From NCBI GenBank assembly GCA_903813345.2, contig CAIIXF020000001.1, forward strand, positions 44,516,001 to 44,580,000: 64,000 nt of DNA, in the 5' to 3' direction. The translations under genes were made by a program, and so were the position numbers. Each line of letters begins with the position of its first letter. The stretch's first letter is position 1. Under the pieces are notes generated by a model that did no database searches, had not been told where the DNA came from, and saw only the letters and a program-made list of their open reading frames with translations. This document shows, in pieces, positions 49,235 to 62,126 of this stretch. The stretch comes from Owenia fusiformis (taxonomy: Eukaryota).

Positions 49235-52200
49235 ATGCAAATAACACCAAAGATAATACAAGCTATGCTCCTTTTCCCAATTATAAGTGGAAGTCTTCTC
49301 AACAATGACCTGTGTAAGCGTCTTTATGTTTATTGTATTCATTATTAACATAAGTTGTTCAATTTTACAAATAAAGTTTTCAAACAATTTGTTATACCCT
49401 AACACATTGGGCTATAAATCAGTTCTTAATAAATCTAACTATGTTTCAAAATAGTATACATGTCATGATAAAATAGATATGGATGATATTAATTATTTCC
49501 TTTCTGTAAAAAGTGTTTCTATAGTTATTTATAAGAAGGCATATAACAGAAATGTAAAATCCATCTATGAATGGCAATCTTGTTCAAAATATCTTACTTT
49601 TAATTTGACTATTAACTTTTCTTTTTTACAGTGCCAAAATGGATTAAAAAGGGTAAATACTCCTTTTAGAAAATAATACTTATAAAAAGTGTACTGTTTA
49701 AGTATTTGAAATATAAATTGGTCAAGCAGTAATCTATATATATTACATACTAATCATACAGATATCTTATAATGCATCAGCCTGTAGAGTTTCAGCCAAA
49801 TCTGACTGAACAAATAGAGAGATTATAATATTCTCTACATCCCTATGCAAACTTCATTTAGCTAAATTATTAACTGTATGTAAGATAAAGTGACCAATGT
49901 TTATTGTAATCAACTGATGCATTGCTATTTTAGAGGTGAAGAAAGCAAAAACAAGAGATATACCAATGATAGATCAGGGTAGGTATTTGCATAACAATAT
50001 GCACGCATTTTCTATTGAAGATTATTAATTCAGATACACAACAAAACCCGTGTAACGTGGCACAATCACAATGCTGACCAAAACTGTTTGTTGTAGATAG
50101 GCGTTAGAATGTGGGAATTCATTATTTTGTGAATCTGACAACTGGTATTTGAGTTATTTAAGATTATTTTCTTATAATATGGTGGCCATTTTGAATTTAG
50201 TGGTCATATTTTTTCTTGAGCAGATAGTCTAAGAGGTCCTATGCCCACAAGGTATCATCCCATGAAATTTGACTGAGTCTGCCTACGGGTAATAATATAT
50301 ACATGTTTATCTAGATTGTAAGACAATGGGCAGGCCATATGCTGCATATCAAGTTAATAAAACGCTTATACACAGATGCATGTACTTTGAATGCTACAAT
50401 CGAGAGTACACTCTGAAGTCCTGTCCTGACGGGCTAGGTGTATCGAGAAGGATCGTTAAGAAAGGCTACTCCAACTCATATCCATGCACAAGAACTGTGA
50501 GAAAATGTCGGCATACCTTGTTAGAGAAAGGAGTAGGTGAGCTGTGACAGTATTATCATTTCTTGTTCTAAAAAACTCCAGGATTTATCAAAAATGTTAA
50601 CCAGAGGAAGTTGAAAGATCTAGGGTTGAATAAAGTCAGAATTGAATGGTGAGTTTCCCTTTTGTTTCCTCACATAGACATGGACACATACCAGCAAGCA
50701 TCCCAAAGATTCCCTAAAAAGGGTTAAGTTTTAAGGACAGAAAGTTTGAAATGGCCAAATAAAATTTACCCAGAACACCCAACTCTAATCAGTTGTCAAT
50801 CTATATATCAAGAAACATTTCTAAAAATTTCAGATTGATCCATGAGACGGTTGGCTGAAGACATGTAGATATTAAGACTTTATAGACAAAACGGACGGAC
50901 AATCCTGAATTGCCCCTTAACATTTTCCAAGAATGACCAAAAACCAATCAGTTGTAGAGTTTCATCACAAGAAGCCCTACTGAAATTGCAGATCAATTCA
51001 TCAAACTGTTGGCTTGAAACATGTAATTGTTCATGTACACTGATCTTTATTTTTATTTATTCTAGAGAATATAAGAGTGAGTGGGTGTGGTCCTGATATA
51101 ATTTGGGTGATTGATGTTTCTTGTTCTATAACGGAAGTAAATAAGATGAAAGTAAAGAACTTTGTGTCAGCAGTTACCAGACGGATACCAGCATTTCCAC
51201 CTTTTGCACAGTTTGGTGCCTTGACATTTGCAAGTTCGGTGTATGACACTTTGTTCATGAACACTTACAATAACCAAAAAAATGTAAGTACAAAGGACAA
51301 GTCTCGGTTTGGAGAACAGTCTCCTGGGCTAATAATTTTTTATGAAAAATATAGAAATATCACCTAAATTAAATTATGGATATTCAAAAGAGGACATTTA
51401 AATCAACAATATGTAAAACTATCAAAACTGTCCAAAACAGGCGTAACGTGCAGTAGAGTGATGAACTTCATTCTCCAAACCGAGACTAGTATTTTGCATT
51501 ATTTTATGCAAAAGCTATTTATAGTCGGTAGGATTGCAAAATTTGATACTCATCACATCTTATTGTTTTTCAACTCGACTAATAACAAATGAGATGACAT
51601 CATCAACATGGTTTGTCATAATGAGGTTTTCAAAACTAAGGAACTCATCACATTAGTGATCACATATGCTTCTATGCATGCAACATCATTTTAAAATGCT
51701 ATTAACAATTGCACCTTTGTTTTAATATCACAAAAATAAAATGTCATTTTTCTCAAGGTCATGAATGCACTGAGACATATGAAGACAAAGATACCAAAGA
51801 AAGAATGTGGCACAGCAACATGGCTGGCTCTACAGAGTGCTAGAGAATCACAGCTCTCAGAGAAAAATGGAAATCGACCAGATCGAGCAGTAAGTACATA
51901 GATTTTCAAATCTATTGATATTCCCCAAAAAATATCAACTATATCTAGTTACAATTAGCTTCAACAAACTTAAAAGGACATTCCTTGCCAGACCATTTCT
52001 CTCCTAATATGGTAGCTATAACCATATTAGTATGCGCCAAATGCTTTCTACGTAGCTTTGTTAGGCTAAATAAACCATAGGTGGGGTAGCTTACTATGAA
52101 GTGACCCATAGACTATTCATCTTTACTTATCTGCAGTCAAAAAGGTGACACTAAAAGGCGAAATACATGAGTTTGAAAAAAATTCAAATAAAATAGCAGT

Positions 52201-52947
52201 AAGTATGCGGAATAGGTGGTAGCTTTGATATTGGTATGTAATGCTAGTTCATTTCACGCAAATGGGACAAACACACATGATAAAACTTGCTCAACTCAAA
52301 GAACACTGAACCAACTCTACTTATGCAACCAAGGTCTATTAGTAAAAAAGATATGCATTGGATGTTTTCTGAAACACCCTGTACTATCACAAATACAAAG
52401 AAAAAAATATTTTCAACAAGCTATGTACAAAGCATCAGCAAAATATAAAGTAGAGCACCAGAAACAATAAAAACATATTTGACCACGATTATCAACACTT
52501 TCTCTGGACTCCCTGTCTTCATTTTTTGAAGGAGGAGAGGCACTGTAGGACATTTGGTGTCACAGCAACTGAAAGCAAGATTATTTCAAAATTCTCCAGT
52601 ATATCTTTAGAGGTTCGTTTTAACTGGTTTTTATTTCCTTCTCAATTCAGGATATTGTTGTTGTGATGACAGATGGGAGGACAAATCCACCAGAGGAATG
52701 GATGAAGACAGTTGAACAAGCTAGATTGCTTCATAAGGTCACAGATAAAGTGATCCTTATAGAACTTCCCAATGCTTCTCTTCATCAAGGATCACTGAAA
52801 CAGCAACAGGAGAGAAAACGACTGGCAGAACGTGAATTTTCTGAAATACCAACCGATAAGACAAAAGATAGATATTCTTTGAGCACATTTGATGATCTTG
52901 AAACGCTGATAGAAGACTTGGTCAACCTTTCATGTTTCCAGCTTTGA
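49235..52947 (+). CDS. Secreted protein A: signal peptide + 6-Cys chitin-binding (CBM14)-like module + VWA domain, about 337 aa
   Basis: Exons 49235-49313, 49632-49652, 49934-49978, 50315-50536, 51066-51283, 51758-51889 and 52651-52947 join in frame (1014 nt). N-terminus MQITPKIIQAMLLFPIISG; Cys spacing C-x19-C-x4-C-x9-C-x20-C-x6-C; VWA MIDAS DVSCS...T...MTDG; AATAAA at 52992. The two short N-terminal exons are less certain. Confidence 0.85.
51293..51490 (+). mobile_element. MITE family C (TIR core TCTCGGTTTGGAGAA)
   Basis: AGGACAAGTCTCGGTTTGGAGAAC ... TTCTCCAAACCGAGACTAG; further copies at 55924-56313 and 57469-58701. Confidence 0.75.
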
Positions 52948-54910
52948 AGATTTTAATTGTAAAAATACATAAAAAATATATCAGATTAATAAATAAAATC
53001 TTTTTAATCACTATAAATTATATAGATAAGATAAAGAATGCCATAAAGAACTTTTTACACTGATTAAGAAAAGCAAATGAGTATGAATGACATGCAGATT
53101 GACTTAAAGGCTTATGTGTTGTGAATGTAGCCTTCAATAGTTACAAACTAATTGTCGGCACACAAGAATTTTTTATTGAAAAGTTCAATAGCGCAGTTAC
53201 ATGCTTTTTCCAATCCAATGAAAACCTTCCTAAATATCTCACATAAAAAAATTTAAAAAATTGTTCAATCTATACATGTCAATACAATGTTAAGAAAGTT
53301 AAAACATTCATCATCAGAATATATGTTTCCTTTCTAGCATGGGCTTTCAATATAGTTTTTAAATGATTTGTAATAACCTACCCAGTTCCTCTGTTTTTCC
53401 TCCCATATTTTCTTTAAATGATCAAACTTTTTTTTAAAAGATACATATTTCTCTCGATCTTTATTTGTTCCTACAATAAATTCTATGAATTTTTTACCAA
53501 GACACAGGGTTAATTAACAATGCCCTAACTTTGAATGTATTTTTATTGAGTCTTATTTATATATTTGGGACTGGGTCAATATTTCAATGTCCATTAAAAA
53601 AAGAAATTATATGGGCAACAAGGCCTGTAGAGAGAAAATAGGAAAATTTTAACTTTTACTAAGCTATCAAGGCAACATTTGGCTTAACATCTTCTTTGAC
53701 ATACCTATTTTCTTAAAATGTATGGATAAACTATCAATTCCAGCATTAAGAAGTGTAAATTCAGTTCAAAGCTTCAAAAAGGGGAAATCTACTTTTTATA
53801 TTTTTAAGATCCACCATGTTTCAAGAGGAATATCAGCTGAAATAATGTTTATCTAGGGGGTTTCTTTGTAGATAATAAAAATAGATGTTAGTCTTGATGA
53901 AATATCCAAACTTAAATATATTTTGACACTGGTCCATGATTGTTGAATGGCCCCTCTGCAATAATTGTTGCATCTTTAAGACCTAACGAAATTAATTACA
54001 TTTTGCAACGGACATTGAAATATTGAAGAATTAGATTGCTTCAACCTTAACATGTCAGGAAGATTTCAACTTGATAACAAAAAAGGCAATTTCAACAGGC
54101 AACAGGATAATGATGACAGATGTTAGTAAATAATATAACATATTCATAAAAAGATGTGGTTATCAATGTCATGGTTGATTGAAAATATGTAGTACAATAG
54201 ATAACAAACAAAAATGTCCAAAAAAATCTTCCAACAGGTTGCATCTATTAAAACATAAATGCAAGCTAAAATATTATGACCAAATTGAGCAGGTCCAAAT
54301 ACTAGCTAATGTAATGTGTAATAATTAATAATAATAGTGCAATAATTTTTTTCTGATGTAGATTTTAGGTATCTCATACTTACAATGATCAAATAGAAAA
54401 TGTCACATTGACCTAATTTTGAATCAAAATGGCTGCTCAAACAGCACATTTTAGCCCCATACAGGAGAAAATATAAGATATCATCCTTAAGAGAGCATAT
54501 GAATTTAGAGATAGAGTACAGATGGAGGTTAATGTTGTGTTATAATTTTTTAGTGAATTTAGGATTGAATCAATTATACAGATTGTTTTGGTGAATTTTG
54601 TCCTGTTGTAGTATACAGGTTTCCTAAGTTTTCTTTATATCACTTTAAAAATTATTTTAAAATCCACAAAAAGTGACAATGACTATTGAGTAATGTATAG
54701 ACTGTTTAAAGATTGCAAAAAATAGAAAAAATTGAACATACTACTCCTTTAAGAGGACCCCCAGTCCTATCTCACATATCTATTGAAGCATGGTACTCTG
54801 ACACAATCTTTATTTAAGATAAATGTGAGCATACAGTACATGTTAATTATTAATTACTATATTATCTCTCTGTAAGCACAGTATTATAATCAACAAGAAA
54901 GAAAAATTCC

Positions 54911-54975
54911 TATAAATAGATATATTGGGTACAATAATTCCACACAGTAACCAGAAGTTGTAAAGATTATACAAG
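54911..54975 (+). promoter_or_regulatory. TATA box and non-coding first exon of CBM14-VWA gene B
   Basis: TATAAATA at 54911, CAAG|GTAAGG donor at 54975, and an acceptor at 55424 six nt before the ATG. Confidence 0.6.
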
Positions 54976-55430
54976 GTAAGGAAACAATAGTATTTGTATA
55001 ATTTTAATTTTACTTGGATAAGAAAACATAGTTTTTGTTGGAAGAATAAAAAGTATCAGTTTAGATTATATATTTCAGAGTTGACCTATTATTCGGTTTT
55101 GCCTCTAAACTTATGATTTGGTTACTAAACTCGACTTAAATTAATTATCGAAAAAATTAAAAGAAGTATCTAAAAATAAATAAACAAATATCTCCTAAAA
55201 TAGTTTTTTTCTTTTCAATCAACCCAACTTTCCTTGTATAACTACGATATTGAGATGACATTATATATATACATGTATGTATTTTGTTCTAATGAGGATC
55301 AAAAGTTAGTGTCAGATGAGTTTTCTAAAAAATCATATAAGAAAATATAGACATTTTCTATATCTTGGTAATCTAGTGACCATGCAAAGAATTTAGTTGA
55401 TATATTCCATTTATGTTCTTCCAGAATTTA

Positions 55431-58400
55431 ATGATGTTGATGCACACGATAATAGTCCTGCTTGGCATGTGGGCTGTTGCACATGCAGGTCTTAGGGATT
55501 TGGGTAATTCAATAATACAATTTATCATTTAAGCTATCTCTGCAAAGGGTGTATTTTTGCCAAACTTGAATAATTAATTTTTGCATAATGAGAGCCAAAA
55601 CTTTATGTGCCTCTGCATGCATTTGTAACTACATTTACTTGCGTGTGATTAACAAAGTTCTGTTCAATGGATGAGATGAGTCAATTTGTCTAATACGAGG
55701 GGTGATCAATAAGTAATGGACGCTTTTTTACACAGATACTTTTTATAGACCAATCCCTTTGATTTTCCTACCAGTGATACATCATTCAATTATCTATCAT
55801 TTCTGAGGATTTGAAGACAAAATATAAAATACATGTTGATATATCTTTATTTCCTTGAAGGAGGTACAGGTACCCCGGGACCGACATTTACGTCACATAT
55901 TCAGTTTTCAGCCAGTTTGGCAAAGGACGATTCTCGGTTTGGAGAACAGTCTCCCGGGCTAATAATTTTTTTCATGAAAAATATAGAAATATTACCCAAA
56001 TTAAACTATGAATATTCAAAATAGGACATTTAAATCTACAAGATGTAAAAATAACAAATTGGTCTGAAGCAGGGATAATGCTCAATTAGACCGATTCAAT
56101 AAAATACAAGTCTCGATTTGGGGAAAAAAGTTCATCAGTGTACTGCGCTAATATTTTTTTGCAAAAAATCTAGAAATATTACCCAAATTAAATTATGACT
56201 ATTCGAAAGAAGACATTTAAATCTATATTATGTAAAAAAATCAAATTTGTCCGAAGCAGGGATAATGCTCATTTATATTGATGAACTTCGTTCTCCAAAC
56301 CGAGAATCGTCCTTTCAGTTAGATTTTAACTTTTCCTATGCAACATTTGTTGTGTTGTTTGAAATACTTTGCTGACTGGTCAACACATAAACAGAAAGTG
56401 TTGTGATGTCAGAGTGTTGTATGGAAGGGGTTTGCAGGTCAATTTGAGAAAGCATTGTGGAAGAAAGGGGTGGTGAGAGAAGGGAACACCCTACTCCATA
56501 TGGACATTGCACCTGCCCACAGATCTCAAAATGTTCAGAAAACAATATCCCTGGACCTCAAAATTGAGCCCTTGGCCAATGCACCGTATTGTCCAGATCT
56601 GCTCACATGTGACTTATTTATTTCAATACTACTTATTTCTATAGAGAAAGGATGCATGTTTATTGATATTGATGAAATAAAACAACCCGTGCAACTGCAT
56701 CTTGCTACCATGTCAGAGAATGGATTCAGCCTTGTCTCACAATCTTGAATTAAGAGGATGAGGAATTGTGTACATGTAGCACTTGATGGAACCTATGTAG
56801 AGGGCTCTGTGGAATGAATGTGGCATGAATACCACATAGTGATGATAAAATATTCAAAATCAACTATGGCATAACAAAATGGGGTAATTCATGACCATAA
56901 TGGTTTGTTTTGTTCAGCCTGCATTCAACTGCATTGCATGTTAAACAAGCTAAAATAGCTTCAGAATGTTTGACGTAAATGTCGGTCCCGGGGTACCCAT
57001 ACATCCTTCACAGAAATAAAGATATATCGAAAGATATTACATGTTTTGTTTTCAAATCTTCAGAGATAATTGAATGATGTATCACTGGTAAGAAAATCGA
57101 AGGAATTGGTCTATAAAAAGCATCTGTGTAAAAAAGCGTCCATTACTTATTGATCACCCCTCGTATGAGGATCCCACCATTTTTGTAGCTTTCTAATTGT
57201 GATAGAAAAGAATAAAACATATCACTGGAATTATTTAACATGATTATTTCATGAAAAATTTAAGATTTTTAATGTTAATTTTAAATTAAAAATAAAATTA
57301 ACAAGGAAAACAAATCCCATGAAACAAACAATATTCTATCAAATCACTAATTGTCTCAAACATTTCAAGACGACAGTAGTAGTTGGTCTCATTTTTGAAA
57401 AATCTATACCTAAAGCATGACATGTTATCCCGTGGGCACGGGATAAATGACATGATATTACATTAGAAAAGGCTAGTCTCGGTTTGGAGAACGAAGTTCA
57501 TCAATCTACTATATGTTACCCCTGCTTACAGTCAATATGGTACAACGAAAATGGGACTTCTCTGTGCATGTAAAAAAATTTCGTCAAAACTCAACTTTTG
57601 TTCAAGTTGATACGATTGTCTTTCGAACTAGAGACTTACCTCATTCGAAAGATCATGAAAGACTTTATCGATACTGAAAATCTTAGATCCAAACATAGTA
57701 GAATACGCCGTCAGTCCACATTTGATTTTTTGAAGTGAGTTTTGTAGATCGTCAGATTTCTCCGACTGATATCGGGTTATCTCAAATTGGTTCGTTTATA
57801 AATACGAATTTCTTTACAGTTGTAAGGCGCATGCGCAAAATTGATTTATAAACGTTATTGGTTGATGGTTTTTCTCATGAGCATGCGTGAAGTCTGATGA
57901 ACACTTATGACGAAGACCGGAGCAAACATTACTAGCTCTCGAACGAAATTCCAAGATTCAGATCATTTCGCCGTGTTTGCTAAGCGTGTATACGTGAATG
58001 ACAAGCTGTTTTGAGTAGATCAGGTACCTGTTTTAGACACAACATTGATTTAGCTTGACATTGATGTGCACATTTGCACTTTTGAGCATGTTAATACAAG
58101 TTTTTACACTCTTAGCACGAGACGGGTTTTCGAAAAATCTGTTATCTGATTCACTCGATTATCGTATGGATATGTATTTCTGCTGACATTTCAACACCAC
58201 ATCACATAGAATTACGATGCAGAATGATAATAAAACACAAAACAACTACTAAATTCCACTTGTTATTTCACAGGAGGTAAAAATGCACACTGCCTAGATT
58301 CTTTGTAAGGGTCGTCAGACATCGGATTGGCCGCCATATTTGAAATGAAAATATCACTAAATAGAGCTCTGCGCAGGTCTCAACATTTCGACTGCTTAGG

Positions 58401-61204
58401 ACAATTTTGAATATTGTAGATTTAAATGTCCTATTTTGAATATCCATACTTTAATTTGGATGATATTTCTATATTTTTCATAAAAAAAAATTATTAGCAC
58501 AGTACACTGATGAACTTCTTTCTCCAAATCGAGACTTGTCTCTTATTGAATCAGTACTGAATGTGACGGCCGCAACAGAAAATTTTGATATTTTTACATC
58601 TTGTAGATTTAAATGTCCTCTTTTAATTTAGGTGACATTTCTATATTTTTCATAAAAATAATTATTAGCGCAGGAGACTGTACTCTAAACTAAAACCTGT
58701 CATTCCTCCTCTAGGATATGAAAGGAATCTTAGTCCTTGTGTAAGTTCTAGTTCTAATTGATGAACAAGTATGTAATGATTCTTTATAAATCTGTTTAGC
58801 GGCCCAAAGAGGGAAAAAAATAACTACTGGCAATCAGGCTGATGTTCCTGACAACTTTGTAGGTAGGTTCATAAAAGCAGAATCTCATATTCAAATCACA
58901 TTATGATATATGTATGTAGACAGGTATTTATAAATTGATTCACCATAACAATAGATCAATATATATTCAAAATATAAATATAGGCTTTATCTTTAATCAA
59001 ATATTCCTTTGTATCATCACTTTACATCCTCAAACCAGTTACACAAAATATGTTTTGTTATTCAGGGTGCATGGCACGAGAAGGCCAGTACCAAGTAGCT
59101 GGAGTCCCTGGTAGTCCAGATGAAATTAATGAATGCATGTACTATGAATGTGTCGGAAATGAATGGGAACCAAAAGTATGTCAGGACAGGTTGGGCATAT
59201 TAGAGAGCCAGTTTGATAAAGCTGGCAGATCAAATAGCTTTCCATGTGTGAAGCCATCAAGTCAATGTTTATCATCTCTATCTGATAGGGGAGTAGGTAA
59301 GATGGACGAAAATAAAATGTTGAATCTTCAATTATTGTATTTTTAAATGTATATTGCCTAAAAGGTATCATAAATGACATCTCTGGCTATTTATTTTTAC
59401 AGTGAAGTTACTCCTCAATCACTGTTAAACTATTCAATATTTATTTCATTTGTTATCTAAATGTTACATATGGCAAAGTTTTTTTATTTTTTGTTGGAAA
59501 AATGATGAATATTTTTAAAATGTATGATATCATGAGACTCATATGTCTTAAAGCTGATTGTGTCAAATTATTGCTCCTTTGCTATAACATGACGTCATAT
59601 TTTGCGAGTGCATAATCATAAATCAGGCTTAGGCCATTTAAAGTTAATTACATGTATATTTGAATTTCCCGATGATGGGACAAGTCCCATGAGTGTGGGA
59701 TGTAAAAAAACAACAAAAAAAACATTGTATTGGGATATTTCATGATTTAGTTACATACTCCAATAACTCAAAATGAGTGATTGAAAAAGTTACACACACA
59801 CTGATTTCAAGTGAACTTTTTGATGTCACGCAACATTGAAGCTGAAATATACTCCCATAACTCAAAATGAGTGATTGAAAAAGTTACACACACACTGATT
59901 TCAAGTGAACTTTTTGATGTCACGCAACATTGAAGCTGAAATATATGTAATCGGTGAACTCCTTTCAAAATAAAATGATCTTAGATCAAAATATTAAAGT
60001 TTCTCTTTGTCATTTGAATTCATTATAAGAACATATACCTGTACCTTAACCATAGAAGGGATGTGTAATTAAACATACTTCAAACTTATATTATATTCCT
60101 TATATTCTAATTCTTAGCCGATACTGCTACAAATGTTTGTGGAGTGGACTTGGTCACTGTAGTAGATGTCTCCTGTAGCGTTTCTGACGGTGACAAGGGA
60201 AAAATTAAAACTTTCTTAAAGAAATTCGTTTCCAACTTTCCTATTGGACCAGCATTCACCCAAATTGCAGGTTCTGTATATGGTAGTGTTGTCAAAGACT
60301 TTCTCTACTTCAACACCTACAATAGTGCGAGGATGGTTAGTGAATCTTTGTGATCATATAGATAATATCAATGTATATCACAGGCAAAATGTTTGGAGAT
60401 ATTTTACACTGATTTATGAATCACATAATTTATTCATATAACAGGTGCGAAAGGCAATTGATGAAATGCCACTTGATGCAAAACCATGTGCTACCCACAC
60501 ATTTGAAGCTCTTCGGCAGGCAAGAGAGGTTCATTTGACTGAAGAAAAGGGAAGACGTAATACAGGCGCAGATAAACGTGATGTACAGTTAGATTATTTA
60601 TTTTCTACTATACAAAACTTCAATAATTTTGGTTGTTACAGAAGTGACGGTAGTTTTCTCCAAGAAAAAAGTCGGACATTTTGAAAGATGTGTCAAGATG
60701 GGGTCCTTAACAATGTTTTTTAGAGTTAAATTGGTATTTTTATTATCCTGAAAAACATATTATTATAATGAAAAAAGTTGTATTTATGGGCAGAATGTAG
60801 ACATGGTCAGAGATATGACTTTAAATTAAAAATCATTCCCCAAACCATCTTTTAAGAATTTCATGTCTGAAAATTTTGATATCAGATAAATATGTATTTG
60901 ATTTTAGTGTTGTGTAATGTTGATGACTGATGGATTTACTCATCCCCCAGAGAAGAAATCTGAGACTATTCGAGAAGCTAATAACATACGCAAAGCATGT
61001 GCTCTAATTCTGGTTACTTTGCCAAATAGTCCAGAAGAAGAAAAGAAAATGTCTGAGAAAGAAAGAAATAGATTGCGTGAAGAGGAGTTTTCAGCAATAC
61101 AACCTGATAGAGCGATGAGGCTTGACCTTCAGAATTTTGATGATCTGGAAAAAAACATCAACAACATTGCAAGAAAGACATGTCAGCCTGTCAATCGAGT
61201 ATAA
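55431..61204 (+). CDS. Secreted protein B (paralog of A): signal peptide + CBM14-like module + VWA domain, about 339 aa
   Basis: Exons 55431-55503, 58800-58862, 59066-59296, 60118-60335, 60445-60582 and 60908-61204 join in frame (1020 nt). Signal MMLMHTIIVLLGMWAVAHA; 6-Cys module; DVSCS, CATHT and MTDG; same intron phases as gene A; AATAAA at 61297. Confidence 0.87.
55924..56313 (+). mobile_element. MITE family C nested in the mariner relic
   Basis: AGGACGATTCTCGGTTTGGAGAAC ... GTTCTCCAAACCGAGAATCGTCCT. Confidence 0.8.
56455..56810 (+). pseudogene. Degenerate mariner (DD34D) transposase C-terminal fragment
   Basis: LLHMDIAPAH...APYCPDLLTCDLF resembles the mariner HHDNAPAH...PPYSPDLAPCDF motifs; in-frame stop at 56746-56748; N-terminal part missing. 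Confidence 0.85.
57469..58701 (-). mobile_element. Reverse-oriented family C element with about 850 bp of extra internal sequence
   Basis: Starts GTCTCGGTTTGGAGAACGAAGTTCATCAAT; 58400-58700 is the reverse complement of the family C 5' part. Confidence 0.6.
59756..59945. repeat. 94-bp tandem duplication
   Basis: ATAACTCAAAATGAGTGATTGAAAAAGTTAC...GAAGCTGAAATAT begins at 59763 and again at 59857. Confidence 0.9.
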
Positions 61205-61384
61205 GTGATGAATATGTATGAAATGAGGGGAACGAAAATGACTTTTCAACCTTTTTTGCAATTAACTGTATTTTTGATTTTCCATCTTTGATTTGCAATA
61301 AACATGAGTGCATTAATATTGATATTCAGTGTGTTATTTTAAAGAGTAAATGCAAATGGTAAATAATTACATTGTGGCTCCAAA

Positions 61385-61746
61385 TATTAACAAAACGAAA
61401 TGTCAAAAGCTTGTTGCTTACAATATCATGAGTTCAATTAGATTTGAACTTCTGAGAACTTGTAGATGATTTTGAGAAAAAACAATTTGAAACAAGTTGA
61501 AAAAGACCTTTTTGACCTATGTTGGCCTTGAGAAGGTCAAATCTCAAATCTAGAGTCAGATTTAAACTTATGAGACTTTAGAGATGATTTTGAAAAAACT
61601 GAAGAAGGTCTAAACAGTATTTGTTACGTTTTTGTAAGTTGTGAGAATTTGTTACAGATGCCAACCACCACACCTGCCTGACACCAACAGCCATCACAAA
61701 AAAGTGAGACTGTAACAATATGTCACCACTTTTTGGGGTGACATAG
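61385..61746 (-). mobile_element. Family A element with about 1.5 internal units
   Basis: Shares the 135-bp unit and the ATGTCACCACTTTTTGGGGTGACAT end with 41125-42205. Confidence 0.65.
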
Positions 61747-62126
61747 AAATTGTCACAATGTTGATTTTCTCTGAATATTGGAGCATATGTCTTAAGGATT
61801 GAATTTCTTGCCAGATTAAATTTAATTAAAGCCAACCAATATCAATTGAAAAATCACTTATTTCTGCTGAAAGAAGTTTTTTTCAAGCAGAAATGCTTCT
61901 TCCAATGATATTGCCCAAGCTTTTATTGCATGTTGAATGTTCTGCATTTTTTTTAGATTTACAGTTACATGACTCCCAACTCGGCCAATTTCGTAAATTG
62001 GTCTATTTTTCAAGAATGAAGGGTGTGGCATCAATGAAGGTCTTACACACTCTACTTTGTTAAACCTTTATAAATATATACCATTGTGCTTCGGGATTTA
62101 GTATTTCAGATCCGTAAGAAGGTTTA

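Larger units (their letters stand above)
55696..57163 (+). mobile_element. Internally deleted mariner element with long (about 200-bp) inverted ends and TA TSD
   Basis: TA-CGAGGGGTGATCAATAAGTAATGGACGC ... GCGTCCATTACTTATTGATCACCCCTCG-TA; contains a transposase remnant. Confidence 0.9.

Noticed and set aside
49117..49305. Hydrophobic minus-strand ORF resembling a membrane protein
   Set aside because: It is the antisense of the gene A signal-peptide exon, which has good splice sites on the plus strand.
58715..58740. Possible micro-exon of gene B
   Set aside because: The strong donor gives 26 nt and a frameshift to a stop; only a weak GTGTAA donor (24 nt) keeps frame. Left out of the gene model.
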